Shown in pieces: positions 1 to 14,575 of a stretch of 64,000 bases of DNA. Location: assembly GCA_964016885.1 (NCBI GenBank), contig OZ024743.1:221650001-221714000 (forward strand), written 5' to 3'. The DNA is from Eledone cirrhosa (Eukaryota). Under the pieces are notes generated by a model. The model was not told the origin of the DNA, did not search any database, and was given only the letters and a program-made list of their open reading frames with translations. The first letter of the stretch is position 1; each line of letters opens with the position of its first letter. The translations under genes were made by a program, and so were the position numbers.

Positions 1-31
1 TACATATGTACATATATACATACAGAAATGA

Positions 32-62
<31 letters not shown>

Positions 63-760
63 CATACATACATACATACATACATACATACATACATACA
101 TACATACATACATACATACATACATACATACATACGTACGTGTATGATGGCTGCCAACTCGTTTTCGAGTACGGCTACTACTTTATATCCATGTAGGATA
201 ACCCCTACCGATGCGCTGAACGAGTGTGAATTTTTAGTCCAGCCAGCGACTTGAAAACTCTGATACAAACACTTGCGACAATTATTGACACATAGTGCTG
301 GGCCCATGGTACCATGTGACGACAAGTGCAGAGAGATCTCCAGATATAAAGCAATGCCTGTGCCGTGAAGCTTTTATAGTGAGCAAAGGCACTGCACAAA
401 GCCATTCCCACTTTCTTAACCAAGATGATATTTACCAAAAAGAAGAACAAGTCAACATCATTGGATACCATCAGGGCTGCAGGTGTTATATCAGAGTTTT
501 CCTTCTCCTAGAATTCTGCCTTGACAAAGGCTAAGGGGTCATCTCTCGCGGACATACATATATACATACATACATACATACATACATACATACATACATA
601 CATACATACATACATACATACATACATACATACATACATTAGAAACCGACTCTCTCTCTATTGGTAAAACTTTGTGAAATTATAAAACCAGAAGAACACA
701 TACATACATACATACATACATACATACATACATACATACATACATACATACATACATACA
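1..760. repeat. (TACA)n tracts; representative of dozens of (TA)n, (CA)n, (GA)n, (GATA)n and (AAT)n tracts across the window
   Basis: Direct inspection. Confidence 0.95.
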
Positions 761-761
761 T

Positions 762-1086
762 GTGCAGGCAAAGCTGTGAGATAAAGGAAACAGCTTCGCA
801 GCAATCACGTGTTACTTTGGGCCAGTGGAAAGTGTCTTCTACTATAGCCTCGGGTTGACCAGTACCTTGAAAGTATAATTTGATCGTCAGCAACTGTGTG
901 GAAACCCATTGTATATGTGTGTCTGTGTATGTGTTTACGTTTACTACTTGTTTGCATTTCTTAAATTAGCTGTGTCAGAAAAGGAAATTGATAGAATAAG
1001 TACTAGACATGGTGGTGCCCCAGCATCACAGGAGTCTAATGACTGAAGCAAGTAAAAGAATAAAGGAATAAAAGAATAAAAGAATA
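762..1086 (+). mobile_element. Degenerate octopus-type tRNA-derived SINE
   Basis: AAGTGTCTTCTACTATAGCCTCGGG core, GATAGAATAAGTACTAG, ATGACTGAA..AAGTAAAAGAATA tail repeats. Confidence 0.7.
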
Positions 1087-1119
1087 CAATGTGTCTGGGT
1101 ATATAAGTATTTGTTGAAA

Positions 1120-1792
1120 ATAGTTCTAAAATAGGCACAAGACCAACAATTTTGGGGAAGAAGAAAGCCAAATATATCAATCCCAGTACTTAACTGGTAT
1201 CCTATTTTATTGACCCCGAATGGATGAAAAGAAAAGTTGACTTTGGCGGGATTTGAACTCAGAGCGCAGGCAGCAAGAACGAATATTGCAAGGAATTCCA
1301 TCCGACGCTCAAATGACTCTGCCAATTCATCAAATTCGTTGCTTCTACTTTTGGCACAAGTCCAGCAATTATCCCAGTGTATTACTGGTGCTTTATTTTA
1401 TCGACCCCGTAAGGATGAAAGATAAAGTTAACTTCGGCGGGATTTGAACTCAGACCGTAAAGGGACGTAACTATGCTAGAATGGCGTCCAACACAGAACG
1501 TAAAGGACTATGACTCTATGCTACAAAGCATGGTGTCTGATGCTCTACCGATACTGCCAATCCACCATAATAATTAATTCTACTTTTGGTACAAGGCCTT
1601 CTACCGATCGTCAACAGATTCTGCCAATCCACTGCCCTAAGTAATTTATGTATTAATAATTATTTCTACTTTTGGCACAAGGCCAGCAATTAACCAGTAC
1701 ATTACTGGTACTTTATTTTATCGACAAAGAAAGGATGAAAGGCAAAGTTAACCTCGGCAGGATTTGAATTCAGATCAGAAAGGGGCGTAACT
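1120..1792 (-). mobile_element. Cluster of 3-4 co-oriented tRNA-derived SINE copies
   Basis: Repeated reverse complement of the B-box GAGTTCAAATCC plus the TTTCATCCTTACGGGGTCGATAAAATAAAG core. Confidence 0.85.
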
Positions 1793-2423
1793 GTTATGTA
1801 TTAATAATGAATAATAACTGGTACAGCCAGTTGTTCAACTGCCACTCTAAACGTTTGACAGTGTATCCATCGTGGCATTTTAGAGTGCCTTAGAAATGTT
1901 TCTTCTACTCCTTCTTTGCCATCTTATTCCTGAGGGGGTCATGCGAGTAGAGTCGTCAAGCACGCCATCCAGCGGGTCCTGTCAAAAGCAAGATTTTCCA
2001 ATTGATCCAGTCGTATCCCTCCCCGCGAGATTAGCCGAGCTCATGTATGCTATCCAACCGTCTTACTCGGAATCTACGGCTGGATCTTCTGCTGTAGATA
2101 AATGTCCATAAATGCTTGTGAATTTAAAATCGTCAAATCAAGCAAACTCTATTTAATACTTGTGGAATTTGAGCGTGAGTAAGATTAAATGTTTATGTCA
2201 GTTTATTAGTAAACTGACACAGGAAAAATTATAATTGTTTACAAATTATATAATACAGATGGTGTCATATAGTTTTCACCTAAATGCGGATATGTGAAAG
2301 ATTAAGTAATAAAACTTCAGATTTGGTAGCTATTAATGTTTATACTCTATGGTCATGTGTTGAGTTCTCACTTTCTCAATTATATATACACCAACGTGTC
2401 ACATTGTTTATATATAGTTGCAT

Positions 2424-2471
<48 letters not shown>

Positions 2472-2519
2472 GTGAGTGTATGAAGGCATGGATATATACA
2501 TCTATATGCATATATATAT

Positions 2520-2627
<108 letters not shown>

Positions 2628-2808
2628 GGAGGTGACTTTTATTGTAGCACAATAAAGCAATGCAAATAGCGGATAAGTAGCACTCTACAGTTTGTAGGAC
2701 TGGAGTATAAGATTATATAATATAAGATCAAAAGATGGTTAAAAGAGTTCCAAGTATTTTATTATGCGCATTTCAAAAACAAATATCATCATGGGATGAT
2801 ATCTGCGT

Positions 2809-2889
<81 letters not shown>

Positions 2890-3101
2890 ATATTAATAAA
2901 TGGAAACTATATTTATAAAACCATATTTATTTTATTATATATATTTCAAGGACGACCAAGGTAAATTGTGAGCGTGCATATAAATATATGTGTGTGTTGT
3001 GTGTGTGTGTTAAAGATGCCACAAAATATCAGAACAGACTTTTAATATTTGATAAGATTAACATACCAATTGACACCAGTAAATATTTGATCATATTATT
3101 A

Positions 3102-3290
3102 TTGTGGATTGGCAGTATCGGTAGAGGCTCGAACGCTATGCTTTGCAACAAAGAGTTACGGCCCTTTGTGGTCTGAGTTCAAATCCCGCCTAGGTTAACT
3201 TTTCCTTTCATCCTTACGGGGTCGATAAAATAAAGTACCAGTAATACATTGGGATAATTGCTGGCCTTGTGCCAAAATTAGAAACAATTA
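3102..3290 (+). mobile_element. tRNA-derived SINE (other copies 18610-18752 -, 31795-31925 -, 52734-52928 -, 57005-57195 +, 63722-63860 -)
   Basis: A-box-like TGGCAGTATCGG, B-box GAGTTCAAATCC, conserved core, 3' GCCAAAATTAGAAACAATTATT. Confidence 0.88.
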
Positions 3291-3450
3291 TTATTCATTT
3301 ATTGTGAAAAAATAGAACAGTAATTATTTTGTCGAATTAAAGAAAAAAATAAATAGTTTAAGTACACTTCTATGCTTTTCTACACATATATATAGTTTGG
3401 TCAATATGATTCCTTGGCAATAGTTATAAGGGCAGCGTAAGGTGCTAAGT

Positions 3451-3503
<53 letters not shown>

Positions 3504-3760
3504 GGGGTTATATATTTATATATGTATAGAAAGAGAGATAGAGAGAGAGAGGGGAAGAGAGAGATATCAGGATTCTACTAGTTTTAAACAAGGAAGACCA
3601 TTATTCAACTGAGTACTCGATGCTTGAGAAAGTAGAATGTAAAGATAGTAAAATATAGTGGAGAGGAGAGTCAGGGACCGAGCTCTTGTAGTTTCGACAG
3701 TAAATCTCATACAGTCTTGAATTTTCTGTGGAAACGGCAAGAGGTCCCTAACCCGCTACC

Positions 3761-3799
<39 letters not shown>

Positions 3800-3861
3800 A
3801 AAAGAGTCATGACCACCACGGCTGAGCCCCGGCTCTTTTCCTATTACTCACTCTTTCTTTG

Positions 3862-3903
<42 letters not shown>

Positions 3904-4425
3904 GACACACGTGCATGCCCCACGTGTAACTATTGCATGCACTAACTACTTCAAATGACTAACAAACTACCCTCTTGCATTATCTTCGTAAACTGCCGAT
4001 GTTGTATTTTAATTTTAACTTTAATTTTGTTTTAATATGATTTTAATTTTTGAATTTAAATTGCCATGTAAAATTATTATAATGGATGTCACCCCACTGT
4101 GCATCGATATATACATATGTTTCTGTATGTCTCTTATGTTGGAAAGGAGGTCATGTATGTAAACAATCATTGAAAAATTGCTCCGAATACTCCAACCCTC
4201 GGTTTGGACGAAACAATTGTAAGCTAATAACTGGTTTGAACAGAACTTTGATTGATGTGATTTCTATATAACTGCTCTGTAGAACAACTGATGTTATTAC
4301 ATTGAGCTATTTATCTTACTGGTAATAAGGTAGTAATAAATTACTGTCTTTCACTGTTTAGGGTTTAAAATATATATAACTATAAAAAGTGTTAGTATAT
4401 ACATAACCATAAATAGTATCCTTAA

Positions 4426-4557
<132 letters not shown>

Positions 4558-4771
4558 GTCTGCTTACATGTAGATAGTGGGTATATTTTACCGACATTTT
4601 TCATGTCCTCCTACCAATAAATGTAGATTAGAAGTGCATGAATAGGTACCATGAACTTTCATTAACTGAACTACATTTCGGAAACTACTAAGTAAATAAG
4701 ATAAAAATTGCGATGATAATAATTGTAGTAGTAATAATAATAATGATAACTACAAAATACACGCACATGTA

Positions 4772-4816
<45 letters not shown>

Positions 4817-5319
4817 CAGTGTGTGCGTGTGAGTGTGTGTGTCTGTGTGTGTATATATATACATGTGTGTGTGTGTGTACATATATGTAAGCATGTATTA
4901 CATATATACATACATAATATAAATTATAATAAAGAGAGAGAGAGAACATTTCAGCGGAAGTTGATGAAGGAAAAATTGCATGAATAGTCGTTTGTTGATA
5001 TGACAGGAAACAGACGGAATGGGAATGTCAGAGAAGAGAGAATATAAAGATGAAACCCAATGTAGAAAGAAGCAGAGAAAGAGAGGGAGGAAACTGAACG
5101 AGAGTATGTGAAAACGTGAAAGAGGGAGAAAGTGCAAGAGATTATGTGAGAAGAAAAGAGAGAGAAAGGAAGTAAGACTGAAAGTTTGAGATTGAGAGAT
5201 AGAAAGAGAACAGAGTTCAGTATAAAAACTGGGTTGGTAGACGACATGGACACAGAAAATACATTATGTTCATCTACAGGATGTATATTTGATAAATAGA
5301 AGGCCAAACATGCTAATGC

Positions 5320-5930
<611 letters not shown>

Positions 5931-5994
5931 CATATATACATACACACATACATACACATACACACACACATATACACACACATACATTAATAAC

Positions 5995-6055
<61 letters not shown>

Positions 6056-6173
6056 GCAATAATAATAACGACAACAACAATAATAATATACATATTCATA
6101 TATATATACACACACACGCACGCACATAAGTATATCTCCACACACACACACACACACACACACACGATAGCAA

Positions 6174-7076
6174 CTAACAGTGCTGCGATCGAATGTGGCT
6201 TTTTAGCCCAGCCAATGATCTAAAATGTCTTGCACAGAGTCGGCAACCAAAACATTCACTGGGAATAGTCGGCTGTGGTTGGAGTTCGTGTACTTTTGCA
6301 TGTCGCTTGAGCCCTCCTGCTGATTTACATTCTCTACCACATGTTTGGCAAGCATGATGAGTAGCATCTCCAACAGCAGCCTGGTAGTCAACCACTGGTC
6401 TTACTTTATGACTGCGAAGATGACTTTCGAGTCCAGCTTTGCTTAGGCAGAGTCTCGCACAGACGCTGCATGTCAGCACCATAGGAGGACCCTCGCCGTC
6501 TGGAAGTGCAACAGCAATGCCCTTCCTCACATCCCGCTTTACTTTCTCGTGTGCGATTCGAGATGCCTCAAAGTCAACTTTTCCCTCATATACAGTCTTT
6601 CTCCATTTATTACGATCAGCAGCAACATTTTCCCATGTATCAGCAGAGATGTTAGCGTCTTTCAGAGAGGCTTTCAAGGAATCCTTATACCTCTTTTTTG
6701 GTTTATGTGGCGGTCGTTTTCCTTTAACCAACTCTCCATAGAAGAGTTGTTTTGGTATTCTAGACTCCTTCATCCTGGCAAGGTGACCACTCCAACGGAG
6801 TCGTTGCTTAAGCACAAGAGCTTCTATACTGTCACACATAGAGCTTTCCAAAATCTCGACATCACTGATGTGGTCCCTCCAGTGAACGCCATGGATCCGT
6901 CTGAGACACATCTGATGGAAACGCTCCAATTGCTTAAGATGGTGTCGATATGTGACCCAGGTCTCGCAGGCATAAAGAAGACAAGAGAGTACACATGCCC
7001 TGTACACCTTTACCCTTGTCCTCCTGCATATGTCTCGCCGACACCAGAGTCGCCTTTCTAGCTTTCCGAAAGCATC
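6174..7076 (-). mobile_element. 5'-truncated RTE-clade LINE, open frame, three C-terminal C2H2 fingers
   Basis: AFGKL..VYRACVLSCLLYACETW, RLRWSGHLARM, PKQLFYGEL, DRNKWR; stop followed by a (GT)n tail. Confidence 0.9.
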
Positions 7077-7119
<43 letters not shown>

Positions 7120-7121
7120 CA

Positions 7122-7157
<36 letters not shown>

Positions 7158-7782
7158 TTTATATATATACATATTCGAATCTGTGTTTCAAAACATACTG
7201 TAGCATATAATGCATTGAAACATTAACTGATTTCAGCTGTGGTAGGTAGAGTGTAGAAAATATGTTGTACGTAATATGTATAGAAATATATATAGTTCAC
7301 AGGTTGTAAAACGTAAGAGTCCAACTGTTAAAATTTGATACACTGATGTGTGTGTGTATGTGTATGTGTGGGGGTAGTTATGTATGCATGTGTGGGTATG
7401 TGTGTGTTTATGTGTCTATATGTCTTCCTGTGTGTCCGTGTGTGTGTGTGTGTAGGTAGTTTAGTAATTGTGTTGATTATTGGAGGTGGTACGAATATGA
7501 AAACTCGGTGCATTCTATAGCAGAGTGGATATATATTGTGTACTCAAGTCAAAACACACGATGAAAATGTTTTGATTTTAATCCACTCGTCTGATGAGCA
7601 GTTTGATATTGGAGTCATGTCTATCACATCGATAACAACTTCGAGTCAATCATCGGTGAAACATACGTTCGATATGCAATAACAACTGTTTTAAGTGATT
7701 CTTCGAAATCTCCTTCATAATAGACAGGCAGACAGGCACACAGACAGACAGATGGATAGATAGAAAGATAGATAGATAGACT

Positions 7783-7872
<90 letters not shown>

Positions 7873-8543
7873 CAGATAGATAGATACGTAGATAGAATAT
7901 ATATGAGATAAGCAGAAATCAACACACACATAGACATGTCCATGGCTGAAGGGGATTTCGCGTTCGGTTTGTCCCTAACATGAAAGTAATTATTGCAAAA
8001 CATATTGTTTTCTGCAACAACTCTCAGGTAAGAGAAAACAAACTAAATAAAATGAAATTTACAGATTACAACTTATCAGGTTTAGCTAGTCTATTATTAT
8101 GTTACATTTCATAGCAGATTTCTCTGGTGTTTTAATGAAGATGGAGGATTCCAGACCTACCACGAAAGGCAATTTGAAATAAAGCGTCTTACTCAAATCG
8201 TTACCCAGTCGAAGAATTGAGGCCTCGATCTTTATGATACTGGGTTTAACATCCTAACCACTACAACATCGGATTTCAATAAGTATAGCAACTTTTGAAA
8301 AGAAGCTATTGTGTGAGTATATGTCAGGTTGGGTGAGGTAATAGAGAGACGCTCGAAGAGATAAAGCGGGGATTTATGTAATAACTGGGGAGAGATATGA
8401 CCAATACAACTGCCCTGCAAACAAAAAGCTAGCATGATTAAAAAACATGTATCAGTTATGGTTTATACGTACACACATATATATATATATATATATTTTT
8501 TTTTCGTTAATTCCTGAGCTGAAATTCGATTCTCGCTAATTTA

Positions 8544-8611
<68 letters not shown>

Positions 8612-8698
8612 GGAAAAATTTGAACAGGGACAAAACAGAGAGGCAGTACAACGAATGTTTATTAATTTCACGCTCTGGAGAGTAGGGTGTTGGTGGGG

Positions 8699-8732
8699 GA
8701 CGACGTTTCGGGCATAAGCCCTTCCTCAGGTG
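8699..8732 (-). ncRNA. Minimal hammerhead motif, weak stem I
   Basis: Minus strand CTGAGGA-A-GGGC-TTAT-GCCC-GAAAC-GTC. Confidence 0.65.
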
Positions 8733-8930
8733 AGAAGTGTGTGGGAACAGAGTTCAAAGGGTGTGTAGGTGAGTGGTGGAGAGACATATAGCGAAAGGAA
8801 ACGGTGCGAATGAAAAAATAAAAAATAAAGATAAAAATAAAAATAAAGCATGATCAAAATACAAGGAATGAAATAAATTTAAATATATATATATACATAT
8901 ATATATATGCATATACAAACATATCTATAT

Positions 8931-8963
<33 letters not shown>

Positions 8964-9110
8964 ATCATACATAAATATATATAGATACATATATATATAC
9001 ATATAAATTTACACAAATATATATATATACACACACACACATATATATGTATATATATATATGTGTGTGTGAGTGTTTATGTATGAACATATATGTATTT
9101 ATGTATATAT

Positions 9111-9142
<32 letters not shown>

Positions 9143-10149
9143 TGTTATACTTTGGGAGGGTCATGTTGCCAATAAGAAACACACGCACCAGTTGCTTTCA
9201 CTTCAATTTAATTTAATATATATTTATAAATTTACAAATTTATAAATTTCTGGTTGGTTGGTTGGTTCCACAACCAGATAGTTGTTTATATATATATAGT
9301 CATAGTTCTTTCGTCACACACTCTGTGACCTCTTCAGTGACTGGGGATTTCTTTCTTCGTTTCTGTGCCTTTCCTTTCTTCTATCCTACGCCATTTTGTT
9401 TGTGTGTGGGTTGCGTGCTCAGTTTGCGCATGCGCCACATCCGGGTGTCTGTGTGTGTTTGTGTTCATTTTTCTATTTTTCTATTTATATTTGTTTGTTT
9501 ATTTATTTATTTATTGTTGGTTGGTTGTTTGTTCTATGTGTGTGTGTGTTTTCATTTTGTCTTGTGTGTGTTTTCATTTTGTGTGTGTTTTCAATTGTAA
9601 GTTGTTTATATATGTGTGTGTGTGTTTTCATTTTGTCCTTAATTGTAAGTTGTGATGTTGCTGTTCCACTCATATTTTCTATTTAATTTTGGTTTTAATT
9701 CTTTTATGCTTACTGCCTCTGTAATTTGCCTAAACATTGCGTCTTTCTTGTGTGTGGATTCTATTTTTATTTCTATGCTCTCTAATTTACCCCTGTGTTC
9801 TATCTTAGCATGTTGGTAGAGCACAGATGATTCTTTACTATCTTGGAGGTCTCGCCAGTGTTCATTTATTCGTTCCCCTATACTACGAGCTGTCTCACCT
9901 ATGTACACTATATTTTTGTTTCTACATTGTCCCTCAGTACATCTTATGCTATATACTACATTTCTAGTTTTACAGTTAATATGGGGGCTTATTTTACAGG
10001 TTATACATTTCTTATCTATACATGAGGGTCTTTGGAACGGGTATGTCTTGCTAATAAGTGTTTTTACGGAGGTACCAGGTCTTTCTACTATCTTAATATT
10101 GAGATTATGTTTCTTTAGGGCCCTTCTAAATTTGTAGGCTAGTTCACCT

Positions 10150-10683
10150 CTATTTATCAATACAACCCCTAGAGGTGAACTAGCCTACAAATTTAGAAGG
10201 GCCCTAAAGAAACATAATCTCAATATTAAGATAGTAGAAAGACCTGGTACCTCCGTAAAAACACTTATTAGCAAGACATACCCGTTCCAAAGACCCTCAT
10301 GTATAGATAAGAAATGTATAACCTGTAAAATAAGCCCCCATATTAACTGTAAAACTAGAAATGTAGTATATAGCATAAGATGTACTGAGGGACAATGTAG
10401 AAACAAAAATATAGTGTACATAGGTGAGACAGCTCGTAGTATAGGGGAACGAATAAATGAACACTGGCGAGACCTCCAAGATAGTAAAGAATCATCTGTG
10501 CTCTACCAACATGCTAAGATAGAACACAGGGGTAAATTAGAGAGCATAGAAATAAAAATAGAATCCACACACAAGAAAGACGCAATGTTTAGGCAAATTA
10601 CAGAGGCAGTAAGCATAAAAGAATTAAAACCAAAATTAAATAGAAAATATGAGTGGAACAGCAACATCACAACTTACAATTAA
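10150..10683 (+). pseudogene. PLE C-terminal linker + GIY-YIG endonuclease fragment (mirror copy at 9639-10152 on the minus strand)
   Basis: Plus frame reads LFINTTPRGELA..CIDKKCITC..NCKTRNVVYSIRC..YIGETARSIGERINEH..QHAKIEH..RQITEAV..LNRKYEW. The spacer translates into the FxxxTPxGEL-type motif only on the plus strand. Confidence 0.9.
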
Positions 10684-10979
10684 GGACAAAATGAAAACAC
10701 ACACACACATATATAAACAACTTACAATTGAAAACACACACAAAATGAAAACACACACAAGACAAAATGAAAACACACACACACATAGAACAAACAACCA
10801 ACCAACAATAAATAAATAAATAAACAAACAAATATAAATAGAAAAATAGAAAAATGAACACAAACACACACAGACACCCGGATGTGGCGCATGCGCAAAC
10901 TGAGCACGCAACCCACACACAAACAAAATGGCGTAGGATAGAAGAAAGGAAAGGCACAGAAACGAAGAAAGAAATCCCC

Positions 10980-11024
10980 AGTCACTGAAGAGGTCACAGA
11001 GTGTGTGACGAAAGAACTATGACT
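10980..11024 (+). ncRNA. Minimal type I hammerhead in PLE pLTR (mirror 9298-9342; sisters 63101-63143 +, 62446-62488 -, diverged 14385-14441 +)
   Basis: AGTCA-CTGAAGA-G-GTCACA..TGTGAC-GAAA-GAA-CTA-TGACT. Confidence 0.85.
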
Positions 11025-11237
11025 ATATATATATAAACAACTATCTGGTTGTGGAACCAACCAACCAACCAGAAATTTATAAATTTGTAAATTTATAAAT
11101 ATATATTAAATTAAATTGAAGTGAAAGCAACTGGTGCGTGTGTTTCTTATTGGCAACATGACCCTCCCAAAGTATAACAATATCGGTTTCAACACACGAT
11201 TTCAGATAAAGAATCTTGCTAAACAAATTCAGAAACG

Positions 11238-11280
<43 letters not shown>

Positions 11281-11628
11281 AATACATATATGTTCATACA
11301 TAAACACTCACACACACAGACACATATATATATCTACACGTTCTAAGGCCATTTTCGCTTCCTAACTAATAGTAATATATATATATATATTCATTGACAA
11401 TGTTGGACACTTAAACGCAGAAAATAACTGTAAACACCGTTGGTTGCTATAAATATTAGCTTAGAAAATCGGATAAAATACCCCTATAGTCAGAAGCAAA
11501 TGGCCAAACACTGCAGCATTTTCAGAAAGGAATCAACGTCCTTCGCAGGGTTAAAAGGTCATATTTGTGCCACTCATATATGAAAAAAGTTCAAGAGATT
11601 GTAATTCTTGTAACTGAGATTTAGTCAT

Positions 11629-12090
<462 letters not shown>

Positions 12091-12436
12091 GTATGTATGT
12101 ATTTATGTATATATCTCATTCTCAGACCTTTTTACTAAAGGGTATGCTATGCTTAATAACCACTTTCCTAGAGCTACATCTGTTTAAATTTCTTTCCACA
12201 TTTACATTGTACCATACAACATCAAACTACAGAAGTTATATTTGCCCCTTATTATGTTTCTCTTACAATTGAGCAATCAATGTTGTAACACTGCTTTACG
12301 TTTTCAGGAAACCACTTACAGTAACAAGGTTTGGGCCAAGTTTTCCTATGAGAAAACATTATCGGAATTAGAAGATATTTTCTTCTGATTTTGCCTCTTG
12401 AATAAAAATGGAAGATTACAATATTGCTAATAAGTA

Positions 12437-12780
12437 CCGTATTTGTTGGCCTATTATACCCCCTTCCTATAATACGCCTCCTGGTTTTTCACGGATATTT
12501 TGAGCAAAAGAGAAAAAAAGAATTTTACTACATTTCTTCATAAATATATTTGAAATTATTTCATTGATTTTTCGATATTATTTTGTTTATATAAACTATA
12601 TTGTATTACTGTATTAGTTAAACTAATGGTAATACAAACTAACTTTTGTTAACGATGATTTTCCTCACATTCCGTTCGGCCTCACATCGGTGTTGGTCAT
12701 ATTGGACGCAAGAAAGTTTTTTTTATTTTTTCAATATGTTTTTGTTTTCTTAAGTGCGTCCAATAGGCCAGCAAATATAG
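12437..12780. mobile_element. Tc1/mariner-superfamily (pogo/Tc2-like) MITE
   Basis: TA-flanked imperfect TIRs CCGTATTTGTTGGCCTATT / AATAGGCCAGCAAATATAG. Confidence 0.65.
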
Positions 12781-13415
12781 TAAGTAGAATGCAAATAAGA
12801 CAACTCTCTGTTAAGGACGTTACCTTTTGACTATACATAGTATATTAAGAGAAATATGTTTATTGATAGTGGTGGGAGATTAAAGCCCTCAACCCAGATG
12901 GATTAGTCATTCGGAGAGGAAGAAATTAATGCACAGATGAATTAAGAAAATAAATTATCAACAACAATAACAAAAATGGTGCGTAAATGTGTTGATTAAT
13001 CCCTTTTATTTCTCTTATGGAAAAGTTGCAAACACCTTTTTTCCATTTCGTTTCGTGCTCTTTTACAGTAAACGGAAAGCAAAGAATTCTCTTTAATTCA
13101 TTTAATTTATTTTTATGTCTGATGCAAGATTTAAGAGGATTCACTTTTATCTGTAAAACATCTTGTTTATTCATTAACAAAATAACTATCAAATTTCGGT
13201 GCCATTCATTTGCATATATTTAGTTATTTTGTTTTTTTCAGGGAATGGTTCAGATTTTAAGGGATATTTCATGGTCTCATGTTCTTTCATAAAGCATTTT
13301 ATTTTTATTGCTGTTGTTGATCTTGAATATTGCTAACTATCTCTTTATCATTTCCCATCTTTTACTCTCCTTTTCTCTCTCTTTCATACACACATACACA
13401 CACATACATACACAC

Positions 13416-13523
<108 letters not shown>

Positions 13524-13778
13524 GTTCTAAGGCCATTTCACTTCCAAACTATTAGTTCGAGGAAATTTCATTTACCGAATTTTGTTAAAATCAAGGATCA
13601 AACATTTCGCGGTTTTAGAACAACTGTTTCATTTTTGTTAAAATATTCTGCTTTTTACCATATCTCGATTTTTGTTTTGATACTTTATAACAGGATCAGC
13701 TCATCCGCTATCGATAGATCCGCGATTTTACTGAGTGTCGTCACAAATTGTTTCTTACTCGTCTTCAGCAGTTTTTAA

Positions 13779-14010
13779 CCTTTTCCACACCAAACCGCCT
13801 GAAACCGGTCCGAGTTCTTTGATACAAACTTGTCTCTTTTCAAGTGTGTATATTTATCTAAAAACCTTCCATCGGAATTTTGTATAAGAACCTTATGTTC
13901 TGAACAACAGCTTAATAATGCGAAAGTTAGTTATATAACAAAAAGCCTCCAAATTCTTGATCATTTTCAAAATCATTTGAAAACCATAGGAGTGTCTATG
14001 CAACGATGGG
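13779..14010. mobile_element. piggyBac-like MITE
   Basis: TTAA|CC...GGG|TTAA boundaries with imperfect TIRs. Confidence 0.6.
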
Positions 14011-14259
14011 TTAACAAATTAAATTTTCCTTTTTATTTTGTTAGATTTTGTTCAACGTTGTCATTCTCAAAGGTAATAGCTACACAGCAATACTCCATAG
14101 AACATACTTGTAGATAAATAACCCATTGTTTTACGAGATTGGGTGTCTTTTATATATATATATATATATATATACATAGAAGACACCCAATCTCGTAAAA
14201 CAAAGGGTTATTTACATACATATATATATATATATGATATAAAATATCAAAACGAAGTG

Positions 14260-14295
<36 letters not shown>

Positions 14296-14575
14296 CACTT
14301 CGTTTTGATATTTTGGGGCACAACTCACAGCTTACAAAATCAAGATGGTGTCGAAAAGAACACAAGAAAGACACGAAATAACAAATTATTCACTGAAGAG
14401 TCACAGAATGTGATGTGTGGCGAAAGAGCTTGGACAATAATCAAATAAAGAACCATTCGGTGGGTGTCTTTTTATTGACAGCATGACCCTTCAAAAGTAT
14501 ATATAAGGGATAACACAATATCGTTATAGGTTGTGAATACATCTTATTATGGATGGCTTTAGCGTACGGCGTTGC

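Larger units (their letters stand above)
9139..11240. mobile_element. 5'-truncated Penelope-like element (Neptune-like) as a ~1-kb-armed fold-back
   Basis: Arms 9139-10152 and 10170-11183 are reverse complements (mirrored ORFs in the track), 17-nt spacer, 57-nt tail 11184-11240 on the right arm only, (TA)n flanks. Confidence 0.95.

Noticed and set aside
3102-3200. tRNA gene
   Set aside because: A/B boxes are present but there is no cloverleaf, and the sequence continues into the SINE core.
7585-7690. CTGATGA ... GAAAC pair resembling a hammerhead
   Set aside because: No convincing stem I or II, and the cleavage triplet lacks the required U.
9262-9686. Hydrophobic Cys/Phe/Val ORFs repeated at 10636-11060 and 62433-63156
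   Set aside because: Antisense readings of the CA-rich PLE 3' UTR; they recur only because the element is repeated.
9139-11183. Fold-backs as sequencing or amplification chimeras
   Set aside because: Arm ends are constant across independent copies, are tied to element features and (TA)n, and older examples have diverged arms. Read-level confirmation is still advisable.
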